NCBI GenBank assembly: GCA_963808215.1
Contig: CAWEEY010000012.1
Span: 20,409 to 84,408 of the forward strand
DNA length: 64,000 nucleotides
Reading direction: 5' to 3'
Source: an uncultured Actinomycetota bacterium
GTDB lineage: Bacteria; Actinomycetota; Actinomycetes; Streptosporangiales; Streptosporangiaceae
This document shows positions 58,038 to 64,000 of the stretch, piece by piece. Position 1 is the first letter of the stretch. Each line of letters begins with the position of its first letter. Position numbers and translations under genes: made by a program. The notes below the pieces were generated by a model, which saw nothing but the letters and a program-made list of their open reading frames with translations, was not told the DNA's origin and did not search any database.

Positions 58038-60163
58038 CATGCCTGCCGTCAGGTCGCGGTCGTTGTCGCGACCCGCGTGTCGTGATCGTGCCCCGGCCCG
58101 TGCCGGCCCGAGATCCCGCGGCCGAAGACGAACGTCTCGAACGGCGTCGTCGGCAGCGTCGTCGTGCCGGTGTGCAGCGGGGCCGGTCTCGTCGCTGACG
58201 GCCGGGATCGCGAAGTACTTGAAGGTGATCGTGGTCTCGCCGCGCCGGTGGCCGGGGTCGACGTCGAAGATCGCGTACCCGTAGGCGTCGCCGGCGTTGG
58301 TCGCCGCCGACCAGGGCGCGTCCTCGATCGAGTCGGCCGCGTTCCGGGTGAAGCCGGCCGCCTGCGAGCCGCTGATCGCGTTGCGCTCGGTGATGACCTT
58401 GGCCTGCGGCAGGCCGGTCGCGGTGTCGACGCCGTAGACGTTGGCCGGGCCGTCGGTGCCGCCGCCGCCGAGCACCAGGAACACGGTGCCCTGCTCGGTG
58501 TCCCAGGCCTGCTGCGCCGTTGTAGCTGACCGGCGTCGGTCGTCGACGACGTGCGGGCGCCGGGTGTTCACCGACTCGCCCTTGGTCTGGTCCGGGTTCG
58601 GGGAGGCGACCGTGCCGAGGTAGTCGGCGTCGTAGCCGCGGACCGGGTAGCTCCGCTCGTAGTCGTGCTCGTGCCCGGACAGGACCAGGTCGACCTCGTA
58701 CTTGTCGAACAGCGGCAGCCAGGCCTGGCGGATGCCGAGGTCGGAGCCGTTGCCGGGGAGCGAGGTCGACATCGCGCACTGGTGCATGAAGACCACGATC
58801 ATGTCGATCGACGGGTCCTCGCGGGCCTCGCGCAGCGTCGCGCTCGAGCCAGGTGCACTGGAGGTTCGGCGTTCCGCTGCTGAAGTCCGGCACCAGCGGA
58901 GTTGTTCGCGGCGTCCAGCTTGAGGTCGCCGGTGTAGCCGTGGTTGTAGGTGACGGTGCCGTTGGGGATCGCGGCGCCCGAGCTGGTCGGTCTCGGGCGC
59001 GGCGTTCGGCGCCGGAGTTGAGGTAGGCCGAGGCGCCGTCCTGGTAGATGACGTCGTCGGCGTCCAGCGAGATGAACTTCACGGTGCCGACCTGGAAGGC
59101 GTAGAAGTTGCCGCGCAGGCGGTTGCCGTCCCAGTTGGTCACGTCGTTGTCCGGCAGCAGGAAGCGGCTCAGGTAGTGGCCGTAGCCGTAGGGGCCGTTC
59201 CAGTAGTTGCCCGCGGCGCCCTGGGCGGCGATGCCGCCGGGCGCGTTGCCGGGCTGGCCGGCGTGGTTGCAGGTGCCGAACTCGGTCTCGTGGTTGCCGA
59301 GCGCGGGCATCCACGGGCGGTTCGCGGCGGAGCGGGAGAGTTGACGCCGAAGTCGCGCCAGACGCCGGGCGCGTTGAAGATGTCCAGGTTGGCGTAGCAG
59401 AGGTCGCCGTTGAGCAGGTGGAACAGCGGCGGCGCCGTTGCCGTCGCCGGGGTTCTCGATCGCGTTGACCGCGTAGAAGGCGTTGTCGCAGGACTCGTGC
59501 CACTGGTTGCCGCGACGCGTTCAGGTCGTAGGACGGTGTGGCGAGGTCGCCGTAGCTGGAGAAGCGGAACTTGGCGCGGCCTGCTGGCGCGGTCGTGAAG
59601 CTCGCGCCGGCAGTCGACGGGGTCGGGGCGGCGCCGTCGCTGACCTGGTAGTAGTACGTGGTGTCGGGCTCCAGGTCGCGGAGTTCGACGTGGTAGTAGT
59701 ACGTGGTCTGCGCGTTCAGCCCGTCGGTGAAGGCGACGCTCGATGCCTGCGGGTAGCGCTGCGTCACGTCGAGCGGCTGCGGCTCGGGAAGCTGGATGGT
59801 GCGTCCAGGATGCGCCGCGGTGATCGGCCGGGCCGGACCAGCTCAGGGTGGGCGCTGGCATCGGCACCGTGCCCGGCGAGAGCCAGGAGACGGTGACGTC
59901 GGTGGCCGGGTTACGACCCCAGGTCAGCCACAGCTGCTCGGGCGCCGTCGTGGTCGGCAGCGGGATCGTCGTGGTCGGCGGCCCGGTTGGCGGTGCGGCG
60001 GGGCCGCGAGCGCTGGGTCCGCTGCGAAGGCACCCTCGGCCACGCCCGACAGCCCGACTGCGGCGCCAACTACCACCACGCCGCTCAGGAACGTACGCCT
60101 GCTGAGGCCGCCCTCGGAGCCATCGGCGGAGTGGCTGCCTCCAAACATGCCGGAATCATCCAT
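58038..60163 (-). pseudogene. Tat-secreted purple-acid-phosphatase-like metallophosphoesterase; at least 8 frame changes
   Basis: Tat signal SRRTFLSGVVVVGAA in ORF 59924..60163. The motifs YGDLA, GDLCYANL, GNHE, VVFMHQ and SGHEHDYER are spread over ORFs 58799..59767, 59169..59867, 58009..59310 and 57951..58802, covering all three frames. Confidence 0.8.
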
Positions 60164-60271
60164 GGCTAGGACGCTAGGGAAGGCAGGTAAACCCGCCGTG
60201 ACCGCCGGGCGGCAGGTATGCCGCAGGGCGGATAATTCGCGTTAACGGCGCGCCGGGCCGCGCTGCTCGCG

Positions 60272-61303
60272 CTAGCCCTTGCAGAACGCGGCGAGATCGC
60301 GGGCGGTGTCCCGGCTGATCTCGGGGCAGGCAATCGTGAAGATCTCCGTGCCGTGCATCGTGCCCATGACCTGGCGGCACCGGGCGAGTACGCCGGCTTG
60401 CAGCAGCAAGCGGTAGAAGTTCACGCCCTCGTCGCGCAGCGGGTCGCACTCGTTGACGCTGATCACAGTCGGCGGGAATCCCTCGACGTCGTCGACTGTC
60501 GCGAAGGACGGCCAGGCAAGCGGATTGCGCTCGTTGAATGCCTCGATCCCGTAGCCGACCGCGCCGCGGTTGTTGTGCAGGTCAAGCAGGATGCCGTTGT
60601 TCTCGGTCGAGGATGGACATTCCGGGGTTGGCCACTGGCCCGAGATGTACGGGCACAACGCGTAGAGGCCCTTGATCAGGTCAAGTTCGCCGTCCTGCCT
60701 GAGCTTGAGGCCGGTCGCGAGCGCCAGGTTACCGCCGCCGCTCTCGCCCGCGACGATGATGCGCTCCGGGTCAATGCCCAGGTGGCCGGCGTTGGCCACG
60801 GCCCATTTCAGTCCGGATACGCAGTCGTTGAGCCCGGCCGGGAACGGCGCGATGTCAGGCGTCGACGACGGCACAACCGAGTTGCGGAAGTCGACCATCA
60901 CGACCGCGACGCCATTCGCCGCGATGATCTTGCCCCAGCCTCGGTACATGCCGTCGTAGCACGACAGCGACGCCATGCCGCCGCCATGGATGTAGTAGAC
61001 GCAGGCGACCGTCTCGTCGGTGTCGGGGCGGATGACCTGGAGGTTGATCGTGTTGCCGTCCGGAGCGGAGACGACCTTCTCCGAGTGCACCCGCAGCCCC
61101 GCGGACGGCGCGATGTCCTCGCTGTCGCACATGTCCATGAACGAGCGGAACATCTCGGACTGCTGGCGCGCCGCCTCAGAGTTCGCCTCGGCCACCAGCG
61201 TCTCCCGGCTGTCGACGTCCCCGCTGCTTTCGGAGGATATTCCGGCCAGCAGCACCTTGATACGAGGGTCCAGCCGGATATCAGCCGCGAAGTCGTAGGT
61301 CAT
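60272..61303 (-). CDS. Alpha/beta-hydrolase, hormone-sensitive-lipase-type esterase
   Basis: Start MTYDFAADI at 61303. HGGG oxyanion motif (YIHGGGM) and GESGGG nucleophile elbow. Confidence 0.9.
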   Translation of the reverse strand: MTYDFAADIRLDPRIKVLLAGISSESSGDVDSRETLVAEANSEAARQQSEMFRSFMDMCDSEDIAPSAGLRVHSEKVVSAPDGNTINLQVIRPDTDETVACVYYIHGGGMASLSCYDGMYRGWGKIIAANGVAVVMVDFRNSVVPSSTPDIAPFPAGLNDCVSGLKWAVANAGHLGIDPERIIVAGESGGGNLALATGLKLRQDGELDLIKGLYALCPYISGQWPTPECPSSTENNGILLDLHNNRGAVGYGIEAFNERNPLAWPSFATVDDVEGFPPTVISVNECDPLRDEGVNFYRLLLQAGVLARCRQVMGTMHGTEIFTIACPEISRDTARDLAAFCKG

Positions 61304-61462
61304 AGTGCGATTCTCCTCGCTCGCGCGGACCGGCCCGGCCCGCCGCGCGCCGTACAAGGTCGGTCAGGCGCGGCGCGGGACCAGATTGCCTTGCCTGGAG
61401 ATTAGTCGCGGCCCGGCGGCACGTCACCATGCCGCCGGGACAGGTTAGCTAGCTTAGCCGCG

Positions 61463-62282
61463 TCAGCTGGCTCGCTTGTAGGCGCGGACGGCGAGCGGGA
61501 CGAACACGATGAGGATCCCGGCCAGCCACGCGATGCTCTTCCACAGGTTGGCCTCGATCGGGCCGCCGAGTGCCAGCGCCCGCATGGTGTTGATGACGTA
61601 GGTGACCGGCTGGTTGTTGGCGAACGCCTGCAGCCAGCCCGGCATCGACGAGATCGGCACGAATGCGGAGCTGAGGAACGTGATCGGGAACAGCCAGATC
61701 AGCCCGAACGCCTGGACCGACTCCTCGTCCCCGATGGCGAGGCCAGTGAACGCGGCGATCAGGCAGATCGACAGCCCGAACACCGTCGCCAGCACGACCA
61801 TCAGGATCGCCGGTATCACGCCATTCTGGAACCGGAAGCCGACGGCGTAGCCCACCCCGACGACGATCAGGATGGTCACCAGCATCCGCCCGGTGTCGGC
61901 TACCAGCCGGCCCGTCAGCACGGCAGAGCGCGCCATCGGCATCGACCGCAGCCGGTCAATGACGCCCTTCTTCAGTTCCTGCGCCAGCGCGATCGCCGTC
62001 GCGAAGGTGGCGAACGCCGCGGTCTGCCCGATGATGCCCGGCATCAGGAAGTCCACGTAGGGGACCGCCCGGAATGTTGATCGCGCCGCCGAATACGTAC
62101 CGGAACATCAGCACGAACATCACCGGCTGGATCACGGTGAAGACCAGGTAGGCGGGCACCCGCGCCCAGACCAGCAGGTTGCGCCGGGCAATGACGAGGG
62201 TGTCGCTCACCGCCCAGCGGAATCGGGTGAGCAGACCCGGCTCGTCTGGCAGCGAGATCGTGGGTGCGGTTGCGGTAGTCAT
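61463..62282 (-). CDS. ABC-2 type transporter permease, frame broken near 62065
   Basis: The ATG at 62282 overlaps the ATPase stop (ATGA). The N-terminal part is in ORF 61956..62816 and the C-terminal part in ORF 61463..62056. Confidence 0.8.
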
Positions 62283-63309
62283 GACTTCGCCTTCGTCTCG
62301 TCGCGCTTCGAGCGCCGGCTCCGGCGGCGCTTGCCGTTCAGCTCTTCCTCTTCGGCCGCGTGCCCGGTTAGTGCCAGGAACACGTCGTCGAGCGACGGCC
62401 GCCGCAGCGCAAGGCCGTGGGTCTGCACGCCCGCGGCGTCCAGGGCGCGCACTCGCGTCAATGAGCGCGTCGGAGCCGCGGCCGCCAACCCCGACGCTCA
62501 CCACGCCGGTCTCCTTGTCGGCGTGCGGCTCGCCCTCGCCGACCGATCGCGATTGCGGTGACCGCGTCGCTGAGCCGGTTGCGGTCCGGAACGGTGAATT
62601 CGAGCACGTCCCCGCCAACGCGGCTCTTGAGCTCCTCGGCCGTCCCGGCCGCGATGACCAGGCCGTGGTCGATGACGACGATCTCGTCCGCCAGCTCGTC
62701 GGCCTCATCGAGGTACTGGGTCGTGAGCAGCAGCGTCGTCCCGCCCTCGACCAGCGACCTGATGATGTCCCACATGCCCAGCCGCGACCGCGGATCCAGC
62801 CCGGTCGTCGGCTCATCCAGGAACAGCACCTGCGGCCGGCCGACCAGGCTCGCGGCTAGATCGAGACGACGCTGCATGCCGCCTGAGTAGGTCTTGGCCG
62901 GACGGTCGGCGGCATCGACCAGGTCGAATTGCTCGAGCAGCTGAGCGGCCCGGCTGCGGGACTCAGGCTGGCTCAGGTGGTACAGCCGCCCGATGAGCTC
63001 GAGGTTCTCCCGGCCGGTCAGCTCCTCCTGGATCGCGGCCGACTGCCCGGACAGCCCGATCGAACGGCGGACCGCTGCCGCCTGGCGCACCACGTCCCGG
63101 CCGTCGACCAGCGCGCGGCCCTTGTCCGGCAGCAGCAGGGTGGTCAGGATGCGGACGGCGGTCGTCTTGCCGGCGCCGTTCGGGCCGAGGACGCCGAGCA
63201 CGGTGCCGCGCGGCACCGCAAGGTCGATCCCGCGCAGCGCGTGCACGTCGCCGAACGACTTCGTCAGGCCCTCGACCAGAATCGCCGGCCCTGAACTGTC
63301 CTGTGTCAA
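62279..63309 (-). CDS. ABC transporter ATP-binding protein (DrrA-like), two frame changes in the C-terminal part
   Basis: Walker [10 protein letters not shown], signature YSGGMQRRL and Walker B LFLDEPT are in ORF 62458..63375. The C-terminal tail is spread over ORFs 61956..62816 and 62279..62488. The TTG start at 63309 is tentative. Confidence 0.85.
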
Positions 63310-63471
63310 CGCAGTTCCCTCCCGAACGAAAGTCAGAGGATTGCAAACTACCCGGTGGGCGGTCCTGGCAGCCAAATCAATTACGCGTCGGCGGCCAGCT
63401 GAATGGCGGACTTCGCTGCGGGCAGAACGCGAGCTGCCCGCTGTGCGCCGCGGGGATTACTGCTGGGCGCG

Positions 63472-64000
63472 TTAGTGCTCGGCGGCCAGCGCCCTGACGC
63501 CGGCGACGAAGAGGTCGACGCCGAAGCTGTAGTGAAACTCCGGGTCGCCGCAGGACATCGGCAGGGCAGCTTCGACCAGGCACGGATAACGGTCGGGCGG
63601 CAGCAGCGCGAGCTGGACGTGCGTGCTTGCGCTGCTCCTCCGCCTTCTCGCGCCGGGCTCATCGCCGGATGGAAGCCCGGCTCGCTCATGACCAGCATCA
63701 GCCCGGTCCACAGCGCGCTGCGGGCAATCTCGGCCGCGTGCTCGGGATCGAATCCGCCGCGGCGCAGCACCGCAAGTGCCGTCTCTGACGCGACGAGCGC
63801 GGCGTCGCTCTGCTTCTCGCCTTCGAGGATGAGCTGCGAGGCGCACGGGTGAGCGCGCAGCACATGCAGCAGGGACTCAAGAAGGCCGCGCAGTCTGCTG
63901 GTCCCAGGGCGCCGACGGGATCGACGTCGGTATCCAGCTCGCTCCAGATCTGGTCGCCGAGCGCCGCGAGCAGCTCCTCCTTGTTCCGGAAGTGCCAGTA
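63472..64000 (-). CDS. TetR family regulator, C-terminal part (5' end outside the window), frame-disrupted
   Basis: YWHFRNKEELLAALGDQIW is at the window edge. LLHVLRAHPCASQLILEGE is in ORF 63381..63863. The C-terminus (YPCLVEAALPMSCGDPEFHYSFGVDLFVAGVRALAAEH) is in ORF 63472..63846. Confidence 0.6.

Noticed and set aside
1-64000. Search for tRNA, rRNA and CRISPR features
   Set aside because: I found no T-loop-like GGTTCGAAT motifs in a tRNA-sized context, no rRNA-like conserved stretches and no spacer-separated repeat arrays by eye. A tRNAscan or Infernal run would be needed to exclude small RNAs.

Overview
High-GC (roughly 70%) actinobacterial chromosomal segment with about 65 protein-coding loci, mostly on the minus strand. 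I found no rRNA, tRNA or CRISPR array. Most content is accessory metabolism and regulation: six SDR oxidoreductases, two SAM methyltransferases, a TPP enzyme, an S53 peptidase, an HSL-type esterase, MFS, EamA and ABC exporters, and regulators of the TetR (KstR2-like), ArsR, PadR, HxlR and SARP/AfsR families, plus an ECF sigma/anti-sigma fusion and a GAF histidine kinase.

Main observations:
1. Minus-strand operon at 26.4-30.1 kb. It encodes a zeta-toxin-like P-loop kinase, a coupled small protein and a D-aminoacylase-type amidohydrolase, followed by a ComF-type phosphoribosyltransferase. The kinase gene sits in a lower-GC stretch. The operon is flanked by a pRiA4b-ORF3-domain protein and an archaeal/eukaryotic-type Pth2. 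This is my best candidate for an undescribed toxin/defence-like module.
2. Two copies of the mycobacterial KstR2 operator consensus (ANCAAGNNCTTGNT). One lies upstream of the KstR2-like repressor and one upstream of an SDR operon.
3. A protein built from in-frame 501-bp GAF repeats, with a related GAF copy in the histidine kinase 45 kb away.
4. About one third of genes have homology that jumps between reading frames. The disruptions are densest at 39.8-42.4 kb and 58.0-60.2 kb. This is either assembly indel error or real pseudogenisation.
5. Decayed mobile-element remnants at 49.7-51.2 kb.

All family assignments come from reading the translations by eye. No database search was run.
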